IMG/VR virus record: IMGVR_UViG_3300037512_000782
Span: 1-64,000 of that record
Origin: a virus
Taxonomy: Duplodnaviria > Heunggongvirae > Uroviricota > Caudoviricetes
Length of the DNA stretch: 64,000 nt
Strand: one strand, 5' to 3'
In this document: positions 37,575-47,363 of the stretch, piece after piece
Layout: each line of letters begins with the position of its first letter
Position numbering within the stretch: the first letter of the stretch is position 1
Notes under the pieces: model-generated
The model's database searches: none
Told to the model about the DNA's origin: nothing
What the model saw: only the letters and a program-made list of their open reading frames with translations
Translations under genes and position numbers: made by a program

Positions 37575-38965
37575 TGTTTCTTTTCCTTCTTTTCTCGCTT
37601 GGCCTTTTCAGCCTCAGCCTTTTCGGCCTTCTCGCGTTCCTTCTCGGCCTCGACAGCGGCCTTGACCTTGGCAGCGTAGGCGTCGGAGAGCGTGTGGCCA
37701 AGCATTGCGTGGAAGTAGCCGCCGATGATCTGTTCAGAAGATACCGTCTTCTGCTTTAGTAATTCGCGCTGCTTCTTGTAGGCTTCGTCCCAGTTGACGC
37801 AGATTCTCCAGCGTTCGATCAAGCTCTTGATCGCTTCTGGCGTATCCGTGTTGCTGAACTGGAGGTTGGAGGCCACGCAAATGTGGTTGGCAGCCGTGAA
37901 CGGAGAGCCCTTCACACCAGCGATAGTCACCGCACCTTCGGCGACGGCGAGAACGTTGTCCGTATCGGCGTTGCAGAGTTCGTACGGATTGTTTTCGATA
38001 TCATCAGGAATACAAGTGATGACAAAGTCAAAACCCACGTCACGCTCAATAGCCATTGTCGACGCGAAGTTGTTGAAATCCACGACTGGGCTTGCCCAGT
38101 GCTGGATTGTCGTAACTTCTGGTTCAGAACCGTCCGGAAGCTGTTGCATCTTCTTGTAGATTTCCTTGCTCAAGCTGCCGACAGACGACACGGTAATCTT
38201 GTAGTCCTTCGTCACATTGTTCATCATGATGAACTTCTGGACGTTCATAGGAATAGTCGTACCCTTGATGAGGATCTTGGGACGACGGATTGTCGTGGCG
38301 TAATGAGAAGCACGAGCATTGATACGGTGCAACGGATACATCGTATCGTTCACGAAAGTATTGATGACGACAACGTCCTTGTCTTCCGGGATGAGGTTGC
38401 CCTTCTTGAGAACCAGCATCATGTCGGCAGTCGGAACGACGATTTCATCAGCGATGATCATTGCATCTTCGACCATGCGAGCGGTGAACATGTTAACCTG
38501 GCGGCCAGCCGGGGCGTCCCATACGAATTCGTCGAGAGCGTAGATCACACGCAAGCTGAGGTTGCGCATAATGCGGCGCTGCTTGCTTTCAGCTTCGAGG
38601 TCTTCGACTCTTGCATTAGTCGGAACTTCCATAGCACCGCCGCAGATTTCGTTTTCGTAGGCTTCAAGGGTGCCGTTGAGGTTATGGATGAACTTCGGAT
38701 TGGTCACGTTGTCAATCCAGAGTACGTTGTACTTGTGCAAGTCTGGCTGTTCGCGAAGGTATCCGTTACTGGTCATGGTCGTGACGGTAACGTCGGCCAT
38801 GGTACGGTACACGTTCTTGAAAAAGTCCAAAGCGGCGTAGCCACGAAGCGGAGAGAGTCGAGAATTGCCGTCAGAAACCAACAAGATGTGGAAAGCCAAC
38901 TTCTTCTCGGTCTTGTCGTTAAGGATGTCGTTAATGCGCTGATCAATCTGTTTTTGGAAATCCAT
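37571..38965 (-). CDS. GT-B glycosyltransferase-like protein (divergent)
   Basis: RVIYALDEFVW, ADEIVVPT..M, VVVINTFV patterns typical of phage GT-B N-terminal domains. Confidence 0.55.
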   Translation of the reverse strand: MDFQKQIDQRINDILNDKTEKKLAFHILLVSDGNSRLSPLRGYAALDFFKNVYRTMADVTVTTMTSNGYLREQPDLHKYNVLWIDNVTNPKFIHNLNGTLEAYENEICGGAMEVPTNARVEDLEAESKQRRIMRNLSLRVIYALDEFVWDAPAGRQVNMFTARMVEDAMIIADEIVVPTADMMLVLKKGNLIPEDKDVVVINTFVNDTMYPLHRINARASHYATTIRRPKILIKGTTIPMNVQKFIMMNNVTKDYKITVSSVGSLSKEIYKKMQQLPDGSEPEVTTIQHWASPVVDFNNFASTMAIERDVGFDFVITCIPDDIENNPYELCNADTDNVLAVAEGAVTIAGVKGSPFTAANHICVASNLQFSNTDTPEAIKSLIERWRICVNWDEAYKKQRELLKQKTVSSEQIIGGYFHAMLGHTLSDAYAAKVKAAVEAEKEREKAEKAEAEKAKREKKEKKQ

Positions 38966-39003
38966 ACGAAATTCCTAATGAATGTTCTCTTTTGAATTTT
39001 AAA

Positions 39004-40119
39004 TTACTTTATTTTCGCGTTGTATTCCTTGAGATATTCAAGGGCAACTTCCTTCGCATCTGCGCCATTAGAGAGTTCTGGCAAGATCTCCGGATGCTTT
39101 TCGAGGTAAAGCTTCGCCATGCCGACTGAATCGGTAGTCATGAGCTGCCTTGCTTCCTCCTCGGTCTGCGGCGTATCGGCTTCGCCTTCCTCGGCTGGGT
39201 CTTCGCCGTAGTACACAGTTTCGATGTAGATAGGCTTCTTGTCCACCAGATAGCCCTTCAAGTTCGCGGCATCGTCATAGGTGCGCGTCTTGTCGGTAGA
39301 ATAGCGGACGATGCAGTTGGACATGTCACGGTCGAAATCTGGGCCCAGTTCCGTATCCACGACGTCGACGAAAGTCGGAGAAATCGTATTCTCGACAAAC
39401 GCCAGTTCGCCAGTCGCGTCGTCATAGATGTGGTATCCAGCCGGGATGCCGACATGGCCAAATGTCTTCTGGAACGGAGTACCGACGTAGCAAATCGTGC
39501 TGTAGTCGTCACCGATGACCGATCGGCAGTGGTAGTGGCCACTGATAGTCAGCTTTGCAGCATTCAAGAAGCGCTTGGGATCGAAGCCAGCAGTCGATAC
39601 CGTCTTGGCTTCCATCTGGGCTCCAATCATGTCGAAGTGGCCTACGATGATGTTGTCGTCAATGTTGCCACGAGACATCTTGACGAGCCACTTGTTCACG
39701 CCGTCAATCTTGTCCTCTTGGATCCACGGAACGAAATACCACTTCTTAGTTCCGATGCTAGCGAAACCAACCTTGTCGATATAGACATTCACGTTCGGCA
39801 AGTTTTCTATAAAGCGAATCTGACACACGTCTGAACTGTTGTCATAAAGCATGTCATGGTTGCCAGCAACCACATAGCAAGTGAACTTGGAAAGACGTTC
39901 CTTGAAAAGGCGGTAAACCTTGTCCATCACGTCGGATGCGATGAACCTACGGTTGTCGAAAATGTCGCCAGTGAACACGACGGTATCTATGCCACGTGAC
40001 TCGAAGTCGGCGATCATCGACTCGACAATCGCATGCTGACCCTTCGTAAGTGCGTTGGTAATCGGTGCCTTTGCAGTCGTAAATCCGTAGTGCAAGTCAC
40101 CTACAATTCCGATTTTCAT
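39004..40119 (-). CDS. Mre11/SbcD-like recombination nuclease (gp47-like)
   Basis: GDLHYG, GDIFDNR, GNHD, GHF, SGHYH, YVGTPFQ. Confidence 0.92.
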   Translation of the reverse strand: MKIGIVGDLHYGFTTAKAPITNALTKGQHAIVESMIADFESRGIDTVVFTGDIFDNRRFIASDVMDKVYRLFKERLSKFTCYVVAGNHDMLYDNSSDVCQIRFIENLPNVNVYIDKVGFASIGTKKWYFVPWIQEDKIDGVNKWLVKMSRGNIDDNIIVGHFDMIGAQMEAKTVSTAGFDPKRFLNAAKLTISGHYHCRSVIGDDYSTICYVGTPFQKTFGHVGIPAGYHIYDDATGELAFVENTISPTFVDVVDTELGPDFDRDMSNCIVRYSTDKTRTYDDAANLKGYLVDKKPIYIETVYYGEDPAEEGEADTPQTEEEARQLMTTDSVGMAKLYLEKHPEILPELSNGADAKEVALEYLKEYNAKIK

Positions 40120-40814
40120 TGTTCTTCCTTATTCTCTATCTGCTTGGTTTCTACGCCGATGCGAGCAAGCTCACGCGCCTCGACTTCTTGGCGAACCTTA
40201 TCTTGAATATCGGCCTCATTCTCCTTAGTCCAATGGGCGATAATCTTGTTAGCCTGTTCGGGGCTGAAATCAAACTCTTGTTCAGTGACATCGAGTTCGC
40301 CAGACTGAACCTTCTTTTCGATGTATCGGTCGTTCTCTTCGCGAAATTCCTTGGTCATCTTGTTCAAGTCGGCAAGGGACTTCGTGACGGCGGCGCACAT
40401 GCTTGCGCAAGCGGCCCACTGCTTGTCGCTTGGGTCGATCTGGCCTTTCAGCTGTTCGTACATGTAGTTGAGCAAGTTCTTCTGCATGTCGTACAGCTCG
40501 TGCGCTTCCTTACGGATCTTGGCGCGGTCGGCCTTCAAGACTTCGTCGTCGATGTCCTCGGCATCACGAGTGTCAATACTTTGTTCCTTAAATGTAACCA
40601 TTTCGGCTTGCATTGCCAAGGACTTCGTACGCGCAATAGCGTCCTTCGAAGCGGCAAGAGCTTCCTTCGTAGAGCCTATAGGAAGCTGCAGAGTCTGTTC
40701 CAGCGTAGCAAAAACGTTCTCGTCATTTTGTTTCTTGGACGGCTGGATGGTAGCGTCTATTGAAGCCGATGCGGCTGACAGGTCAAAAAACGATGTAGGA
40801 TTTATTTCACTCAT
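40116..40814 (-). CDS. terminase small subunit (gp16-like, inferred)
   Basis: Two-helix pattern D...IR...H......L........P.......ASM...V...L..L.KM.KE resembles gp16. Confidence 0.5.
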   Translation of the reverse strand: MSEINPTSFFDLSAASASIDATIQPSKKQNDENVFATLEQTLQLPIGSTKEALAASKDAIARTKSLAMQAEMVTFKEQSIDTRDAEDIDDEVLKADRAKIRKEAHELYDMQKNLLNYMYEQLKGQIDPSDKQWAACASMCAAVTKSLADLNKMTKEFREENDRYIEKKVQSGELDVTEQEFDFSPEQANKIIAHWTKENEADIQDKVRQEVEARELARIGVETKQIENKEEQ

Positions 40815-40824
40815 AACGATAAAA

Positions 40825-41319
40825 TTACTTCATAGTCTTGATCGGTCTCAATATGCCAGTTTCCATGCCATACTTGGCCGCGTCGACGATATCCTTCACA
40901 TTGCGAGGGAAGTATCTGACGTGTTCTTGGCATTGCTCCAAGAACTCCACATACAGCTTCTGGTTCTCGTATTCCTTGCGTATGTCAGACAGTGCGGCGT
41001 CGCCGTCAACCATAATTTCAATACCCTTTTGGGTTGGCTGCCACTTCATTCGGTTTTCGCATATATCCGTATAAACGGCGCGACGTTTCTGATTGAAAGT
41101 TTCTTCGAATGTACGAAGCTTCATCTTTTCTTGTAACAGCAAACCACAAAGTTCGATACCAGCCTCGCCCATGTTGATTGCGGCATTGTTAATCATCTTA
41201 CCCAAATCATAGTCGCCGTTCTCGTCCGTACAATCCAACGTCTTCATGAAATAATCACGAAGCGTTCTGATATGTTCGTTCTTGTCGGTTTCTTTATACA
41301 GTTCACTTTGCGCGTTCAT
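40825..41319 (-). CDS. uvsY: recombination mediator UvsY-like
   Basis: IEIMVDGD..L......EFLEQC...V.....NVKDIVD pattern; size. Confidence 0.65.
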   Translation of the reverse strand: MNAQSELYKETDKNEHIRTLRDYFMKTLDCTDENGDYDLGKMINNAAINMGEAGIELCGLLLQEKMKLRTFEETFNQKRRAVYTDICENRMKWQPTQKGIEIMVDGDAALSDIRKEYENQKLYVEFLEQCQEHVRYFPRNVKDIVDAAKYGMETGILRPIKTMK

Positions 41320-41341
41320 ACAATACCTACCATCAGGCGAA

Positions 41342-41370
41342 AATATAGTTTAGGTATGTTTGAATTTCAA
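41342..41370 (-). promoter_or_regulatory. sigma70-like promoter with extended -35 (TTGAAATTCAAA)
   Basis: TTGAAA-17 bp-TATATT. Confidence 0.65.
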
Positions 41371-41376
41371 ATTCAC

Positions 41377-41405
41377 AAAAAACGGCCCCTTTCGAGGCCG
41401 TTTTT
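41377..41405 (-). terminator. terminator after the tail tube gene
   Basis: AAAAAACGGCC..GGCCGTTTTT. Confidence 0.75.
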
Positions 41406-41427
41406 CACATTTTTCCCAGCTTTAAGG

Positions 41428-42144
41428 CTAGATAACCTTGTATCCAGGCGGAATGTAGATGTTGAAGCGGTCGTAACGGAACTTGACCGAGAACGAACCC
41501 AGCTTGGCATCTTGATAGTCAAGACCGAACTGGGAAGCGTCCACGTGCTTCGGCCATGCGTTGACGAGCAACACAGACAGAGTCACGTTACCGTACATCC
41601 AGTCATACAACTCCAGACGGATAGAGGCGTTACGCATCAATCCGGCGTAGACGTTGTTATGGTTCTCTTGCTGACCGAGGCCAAGATAAATCTTGTTGTT
41701 ACCCTCGTTAGCGGTACGGTCGGACTCGTGGATCGCGTCGTTCGTACCAGTATTCGAGAGGATACCTTGGTTGAAGCAAGTCTGGTTCCATGCCATCATC
41801 ATTTCGTATGCTCGCATGTCTTCAAGCAAGAGGCACTTGATGTCCATTTCGCCAGCGAGGCCGTCTTGCTGGACAGCGAAGTACTTCTGGAAGCCCATGT
41901 AGTTAATGGCAGCATCCTTGATCTTCGCAGCCGGAACCTTCGCTCCGCCCTGCACATGCAGAGCGAATTCGTCGGAACCGCCTTCTGTACCGAAGTGGAC
42001 ACCGTTGGTGCAGTTCACGCCGACGAGACGGAAGATGTCCGTCGGAATGACAAGACGCCAACGAGTGCTACGTTGAGGGTCGACAAGGTGGTCAATCGCA
42101 CTGGCGTAGAACACCTTTTTCTTTTGTTCTTCACTAAGAGCCAT
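41428..42144 (-). CDS. tail tube protein (gp19-like)
   Basis: PQRSTRWRL, VPAAKI..INYMG, LVNAWP, FSVKFRYD; directly after the sheath gene. Confidence 0.85.
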   Translation of the reverse strand: MALSEEQKKKVFYASAIDHLVDPQRSTRWRLVIPTDIFRLVGVNCTNGVHFGTEGGSDEFALHVQGGAKVPAAKIKDAAINYMGFQKYFAVQQDGLAGEMDIKCLLLEDMRAYEMMMAWNQTCFNQGILSNTGTNDAIHESDRTANEGNNKIYLGLGQQENHNNVYAGLMRNASIRLELYDWMYGNVTLSVLLVNAWPKHVDASQFGLDYQDAKLGSFSVKFRYDRFNIYIPPGYKVI

Positions 42145-42160
42145 AGTTATTTACCTCCCT

Positions 42161-45100
42161 TTAAGCTTGCAGAACGTCGGTTGCAATGTTCTTGCCATTC
42201 TTCTGCGACTCAACGGTGGTACGGAGGATAATCCAACGAGTGGACTTCGGCGGCAAGAGCTTCAGATCGACGATCAAGAAGTTCTGGTCGATGATTTCCG
42301 GAGTATTGTTGGTATCGTCGCAAATAACCTTACCATCGATCAATCCCGGCGGATTCTGGCGCTTAATGTTGTTAAGCTTGTCCTGAAGGTCGGAAGTAAT
42401 CTGGGCACGGAGAATCGTAGTGTTCAGCTTGAATACCTTGTGGTCAAGGTACTTGTAGAACGCCTTGTGAATACCAGCAACAAGCATGGTCACGTGGATC
42501 TGGTTGAAGGCCGTATCTTCCATCTGAAGGGTGAAGTCACCCCAAATGCGGATGCCGTCCTTGTTCACGCGGGTCGCGTTGACATGGATGTCGCTCAACT
42601 TGGCATGGTCACAGTTCTTGTCTTCAGCGTTGTAGGAACGAGTGAAGCGTTCCTTGGTGCCCCAAGCAGCTGGCACGAATGCTTCATCACCAGCTGGCGG
42701 AATCCACCAGACACCGCCTTGACGGTTAGCAGTAATAATCGCAGCCAACTGGACGGACTTCATGCAGTCCACTTGACTTTGAGTGTAGAGGGAATCCTGG
42801 AACACGCCACGGCCATCGTAGAGAGCGCCCCAGCGACCGAGGGAGAGACGACCAGCTTCAGTCATCTTCTTCACAGCCTTCTGGATATCCGGTTCGTAAA
42901 CACCGTCGAACACGCAGAAGCAGTCCTTACGGTTTTCGCAAACATTGATCATGGCTTGCATGACTTGCGGATTGAGCGTTTCGTTCTTGCGAGTGAACGG
43001 TGCGTTGATCGCCACACCAGCAGCAACGAGCATGTCGACGTCGGAAGCGTCCTTGTTCACAAAGAGGTTCCAGACAGTAGACAGAGTGCTTCCGCTGTTG
43101 TTGTTCTGCGGATCGTACGTCCACACGGCGTCGTTGAGGATAGCCGGGTCTTCAGGGTTGTAGGCGATAGCGGTGTAGCTACCGTTGAGAGTACCGTTCT
43201 GCACCGTCTGGGACAGATCATAGGAGTTGTTCTCAAGGAAGTAGTCGAGCACACCAGAATCGTTCAACACGAATTCGAGGCCGCTGTTTTCGAGTTCGTA
43301 CTCGGCGGATTCTTGAATACCGAGCTGGCGGTTGTTGTAGTTGTACGGAACGATAGTACCGTCGAACTCGTAGAGCTTACCGTTGAAGCGATAAGAAATC
43401 GCGAGGTACATACGAGCGACCGCGACACCTTCGTCGGTCAACGTAAACACTTGCATCGGGTTGCCGTCGTAGTTGATATCGAGGTACTGGGACTTCGCAA
43501 GGCCGAGGGCCATGAAGTTAGCACCAATATCGGAGTCGGCGAGAACCGTCGGAGACTTTTCGACGTCGTACTTGAACGTGCTGGAAGCAGACACGATGTA
43601 GTCCTTTGCAGCCAATTTCGCAAACGGATTGGTCTTCTGGTCAGCCTTGCTAACATACATCGAGTAGCTAGACACGACATACATGTCGACCACGTCGAAC
43701 GTATAGGCAGCCGTGTAGGAACCCGCTGTAATCTTATCGAAATACAGCTTGTTGCCATCAACAGCCGTGACAAGAACGTCAGTCGTTACATTGCTAGCAG
43801 TAAGCGAGATGGTTCCACCAACAGAAACCGCTGCAGCCAACTGTGCGTTTTCGATAAAGCTACGAGTTGCGACAGCCGGAGCATCCACAGTTTCATCGGC
43901 AACAGTCACGCTCACATCGGCAACAGCAACCGTAGTTGTCGCGTTGTAGATAGTAGCGTTAGTCGTGCTGAAGTTGATCAACTGGTAAGAAACCTTAGCC
44001 GTGTCAAGTCCAGACGGAGCCGCATTCAGTACAATCGAACCGTTAAGAGGATTCAAGTCAACAATCGTGAACACATCACCGCTGAATGCCTTACCAGCAG
44101 AAACAGTCGTGTCCGTCGTCGTGTTGGAGTTACGAACAATACCAACCAAGTCACCGATTGCGTAATCGTACACAGCGCTCGGATCAAGCGTGATCTGCGT
44201 ACCAGACACCTCAACAATGTCGTTGGTCACAGGAACCTTGCTGTAGCCCTTTGCATAACGAATCGTATCGGAAACTGCGTTTGCAACGTAAGTCCAAGTG
44301 TTCTTGGTCGGATCAGAGCCATTTACAGCCGTGATATCAACCACATACACACCGTCGACATCAGCCATAGACAGATAGTCGATTGCAGTCCAAGAACCCG
44401 ATGCAGCCGTCCAGCCATCCGGTGCAGCACCAGACACATTGTATTCACCAGTCGTAGAAGTTTCAACAACCTTATCGACAGTGAACTTGTAGGTCTTTGC
44501 ATCGTTGCCAGTTCCAAGAGTGATGACGAGTTCGTCGCCAACCGTAACTCCATCAACCTTCAAGCTTTCAAGAGTCAACACTTGGTTAGCCACATTGAAG
44601 GACTTGCCAGGGCTTGACTTGAATGCGTTCACACCACCCAAGAAACGAATATCGTATTCTGCACCATCACGGTCAAGAATAGTAATGATTTCGCCTTCGG
44701 TAACCGTCTTGCTCGGAAGAGAACCAGTCGTCGTATCACCCCACTTGAGCGTGGTGAAATTCTTCATGGTGTTTCCAGCAACGGCAGTCTTGATGTTCAA
44801 GTAGTCGAAACCATCAGCAATAGCATTTTCGGCGTCATTGTAGATAATGACGTTCGGAAGGCTAGTACCATAGCTGCCCTTCACATCCAAAAGAACCGTC
44901 TTGTCGTCGATATTAAGAACCGTAGCCGTTACCGCAGCGTACGAAGTACCCTTCGTGCCGTACTGGTCAAGCTTCTGGCTCGTTGCCGGAAGAAGTACAT
45001 CTTCACCAACAACGAAAATCGGCTTACTGTTGAGCAAGCACTCAATCTGAGTCGGAGAACCAGCCACACGAGAGGCGCTGACAACTTCATAACGGTCGAA

Positions 45101-45769
45101 CGCACGGTTAGCATAGGACGGGTCGCGGTTCATAATCGAGAACAGCACCATATCAGTGCAGTGCTTGTTATCGAACAAACGAGATTCCAAGCTATCCGAG
45201 TAGTTCTCGCTAGCGTCTACGCCGAAAGACACGTTGTTGTTGCTTTCGATAGTTTCGGCAATGTTGTTAATCTTACGAGTAACACCGAATTCAGCAGCGC
45301 CGTCGGTCTTGAAACGAGTCGAAGCAAAGTGCTTCACCTTGAAAGAAGTCTCAACAAGCGGTTCGCCAGTCTTGCGGTCTTTTGCCCAGCAGTTTTCAGC
45401 GCCATTACGATACAGAGACGCATTCTTGTCGAACGCAACCACGAAGGCGTCGGTCTTCAGATCACGCTTGTATGCATCGGTGCGGCTGATTTCTTCGCCA
45501 TACGGACGAACGAACTCGACCACGCCACCAGTGGTCAAGACCGCGTTGGCGGCGTACATGCCCTGGTTGTATTTGTAGCTCTGGTATCCGTAACCCAGCT
45601 TCACACCAAGTTCGCCAGTGTTGGCCACCTGGATGATCTTGTTCAGTTCACCCTTGGATGCATAACCAACGATACCAGCGACAGTGAGAGGATTTTGCAC
45701 CACCGTATAGGCGGAATTATCCCTCAGCTGAATTCGCACACCTGGAGCATAACCCATTTTTGTTGCCAT
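42161..45769 (-). CDS. contractile tail sheath protein (gp18-like) with large inserted domains
   Basis: N-terminal APGVRIQLRD..AGIVG.A.KG; C-terminal RKDCF, WIPPAG, IWGD.T, VICDDTNNTPEIIDQN. Confidence 0.92.
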   Translation of the reverse strand: MATKMGYAPGVRIQLRDNSAYTVVQNPLTVAGIVGYASKGELNKIIQVANTGELGVKLGYGYQSYKYNQGMYAANAVLTTGGVVEFVRPYGEEISRTDAYKRDLKTDAFVVAFDKNASLYRNGAENCWAKDRKTGEPLVETSFKVKHFASTRFKTDGAAEFGVTRKINNIAETIESNNNVSFGVDASENYSDSLESRLFDNKHCTDMVLFSIMNRDPSYANRAFDRYEVVSASRVAGSPTQIECLLNSKPIFVVGEDVLLPATSQKLDQYGTKGTSYAAVTATVLNIDDKTVLLDVKGSYGTSLPNVIIYNDAENAIADGFDYLNIKTAVAGNTMKNFTTLKWGDTTTGSLPSKTVTEGEIITILDRDGAEYDIRFLGGVNAFKSSPGKSFNVANQVLTLESLKVDGVTVGDELVITLGTGNDAKTYKFTVDKVVETSTTGEYNVSGAAPDGWTAASGSWTAIDYLSMADVDGVYVVDITAVNGSDPTKNTWTYVANAVSDTIRYAKGYSKVPVTNDIVEVSGTQITLDPSAVYDYAIGDLVGIVRNSNTTTDTTVSAGKAFSGDVFTIVDLNPLNGSIVLNAAPSGLDTAKVSYQLINFSTTNATIYNATTTVAVADVSVTVADETVDAPAVATRSFIENAQLAAAVSVGGTISLTASNVTTDVLVTAVDGNKLYFDKITAGSYTAAYTFDVVDMYVVSSYSMYVSKADQKTNPFAKLAAKDYIVSASSTFKYDVEKSPTVLADSDIGANFMALGLAKSQYLDINYDGNPMQVFTLTDEGVAVARMYLAISYRFNGKLYEFDGTIVPYNYNNRQLGIQESAEYELENSGLEFVLNDSGVLDYFLENNSYDLSQTVQNGTLNGSYTAIAYNPEDPAILNDAVWTYDPQNNNSGSTLSTVWNLFVNKDASDVDMLVAAGVAINAPFTRKNETLNPQVMQAMINVCENRKDCFCVFDGVYEPDIQKAVKKMTEAGRLSLGRWGALYDGRGVFQDSLYTQSQVDCMKSVQLAAIITANRQGGVWWIPPAGDEAFVPAAWGTKERFTRSYNAEDKNCDHAKLSDIHVNATRVNKDGIRIWGDFTLQMEDTAFNQIHVTMLVAGIHKAFYKYLDHKVFKLNTTILRAQITSDLQDKLNNIKRQNPPGLIDGKVICDDTNNTPEIIDQNFLIVDLKLLPPKSTRWIILRTTVESQKNGKNIATDVLQA

Positions 45770-45877
45770 AGATTAAACCTCATGGTACGTTCATTTTGTT
45801 TCAAGTTTATGCTGTGGTCACGATTTTTTCTGGCGCACGGTATTGATAAACTGCAAACAGCGGAATTTGAGGCGCAA

Positions 45878-46774
45878 ATGGAACATATTTCTGGAATTTT
45901 CAACATCATGCTCAATGAGCTCAAGGCTAGGAAGCCTGAAGACAAGGCTCTAATAGAGGCGATGCAGAACGAAATCGCCAACAAGGTACAGATTATCTCG
46001 CCGGAGACGAGGAAGTCGCTTCTGCAGTTCCCTATCCAGTTTACCCAGAAAATCCGCATAAACGGTCGCGACTGGACTACCCAGCTGCACAAGTGGGCCG
46101 ATTACCAGCTTCACGACTTGCTCATGCTCGACCCTATCTACCTCACGACGACCGATTCCAACAACGACTGCGTCCTCAAGCACCTCGTTATGGCCGCCCT
46201 CGGACTCACGATGACAAGGGTCGTCAACTATGAACTTATCGAAGAACTGTTCCAGAAGGACATGAACTACGCCGCAATGACCGTCGCCGGGGATCCGGAA
46301 TCTACCGAAGCTGGAAACGCTTGGTACGAACCAGACCTCGAAGGCAAGAGCGTAATGGAATTTATGTACGATTTCGCCGTCGGCGAAGGCCAGTTCCAAG
46401 GCAAGCCGCGTGACGAAAAGCTGCTCGGTATGTTCGACACCTACGCCGAACGTGCGCTTACCATGCCGGACGAAGACCTCGAAGCCGATTTTGACGAGAA
46501 CGCAGACCCAGCCGAAGACCAGAAGGCCGTCATGCAAGCAGAGGCCGAGCGCGAAAACTCAAACGCTACCGATCCCAACGACATTCCGCTCGCCACCGAC
46601 GGCACTCAGAACGAAGAAGGCAAGCAGACCGAGACCATGGATTCGGTCAACGGCGAGGCTACGGTAGATGAAAATGGACAAATAGCTCCGCCCAATCAAG
46701 GCGAAGCTAATCAACAAGACAATTTGTCAAAGGTTCTAGGAGTTCTGCTGAAACTCTCCAACAGTCTCGGCTAG
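45878..46774 (+). CDS. acidic hypothetical protein (probably late)
   Basis: ATAAACT at 45846, GAGG RBS, ATG at 45878. Confidence 0.8.
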   Translation: MEHISGIFNIMLNELKARKPEDKALIEAMQNEIANKVQIISPETRKSLLQFPIQFTQKIRINGRDWTTQLHKWADYQLHDLLMLDPIYLTTTDSNNDCVLKHLVMAALGLTMTRVVNYELIEELFQKDMNYAAMTVAGDPESTEAGNAWYEPDLEGKSVMEFMYDFAVGEGQFQGKPRDEKLLGMFDTYAERALTMPDEDLEADFDENADPAEDQKAVMQAEAERENSNATDPNDIPLATDGTQNEEGKQTETMDSVNGEATVDENGQIAPPNQGEANQQDNLSKVLGVLLKLSNSLG

Positions 46775-46951
46775 CCGTTCCTTTACCTTTTCAACTTCCT
46801 TTCCCAAGTTAAGCTCTGGTTCGACATACTTGTCGACGCCGTCCCTCAGCATACTCACGTTGATTCCAGCGTTGATGAAGCTGACGGCGGTATCCTCGTC
46901 ACAGCCAAAGCTCTTCATGACGAGGTCGATATCACTTCTTTCGACGGACAT
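46736..46951 (-). CDS. small hypothetical protein
   Basis: GGAAGG RBS; overlaps the gp62-like stop. Confidence 0.6.
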   Translation of the reverse strand: MSVERSDIDLVMKSFGCDEDTAVSFINAGINVSMLRDGVDKYVEPELNLGKEVEKVKERLAETVGEFQQNS

Positions 46952-47363
46952 TCTTCTTTCCTTCCGGCAGCTTGCCGTTTACCTTGTATTCATACGCTTC
47001 GTTAATCAGCTCTGGGTCGATTTCCTTGTTGCGGATCATCGAGTCCGCTGACGAGGCGGACGTTTCGTAGACGGCCATGACTTGTTCACGGAGCTTGTTC
47101 GTGGCGGCAATCTCGGTAGGGAATGCGCGAAGATACCCGGTGTTGAGCTTGCAGCCGTTGAACGCCTCCATCACCTTTGCGCGAACCTTTGTTGTAAGTC
47201 GGCTGAACTCGACCGTGTTCAGCGCAAGCAGCGACTTGTAGATGGACGGAGTCATGGACAAGGAGTAAATCGCCGCATAGGTGTCATGCGAGGCGATATC
47301 CTCCATCGTCATCTTTCGACCAGCTATGCGGTCTTGAATGAATTTTTCGTGATCAAACGGCAT
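46932..47363 (-). CDS. clamp loader small subunit (gp62-like)
   Basis: Directly follows gp44; size; EQVMAVYETSASSA C-terminal pattern. Confidence 0.6.
   Translation of the reverse strand: MPFDHEKFIQDRIAGRKMTMEDIASHDTYAAIYSLSMTPSIYKSLLALNTVEFSRLTTKVRAKVMEAFNGCKLNTGYLRAFPTEIAATNKLREQVMAVYETSASSADSMIRNKEIDPELINEAYEYKVNGKLPEGKKNVRRKK

Noticed and set aside
39004-40119. Missing gp46/SbcC partner next to gp47
   Set aside because: Gene order is shuffled throughout the window, so the partner is probably outside it; cannot be judged here
45161-45877. First 239 codons of the 537-aa plus-strand ORF
   Set aside because: Antisense to the sheath gene; real start is ATG 45878 after ATAAACT and an RBS
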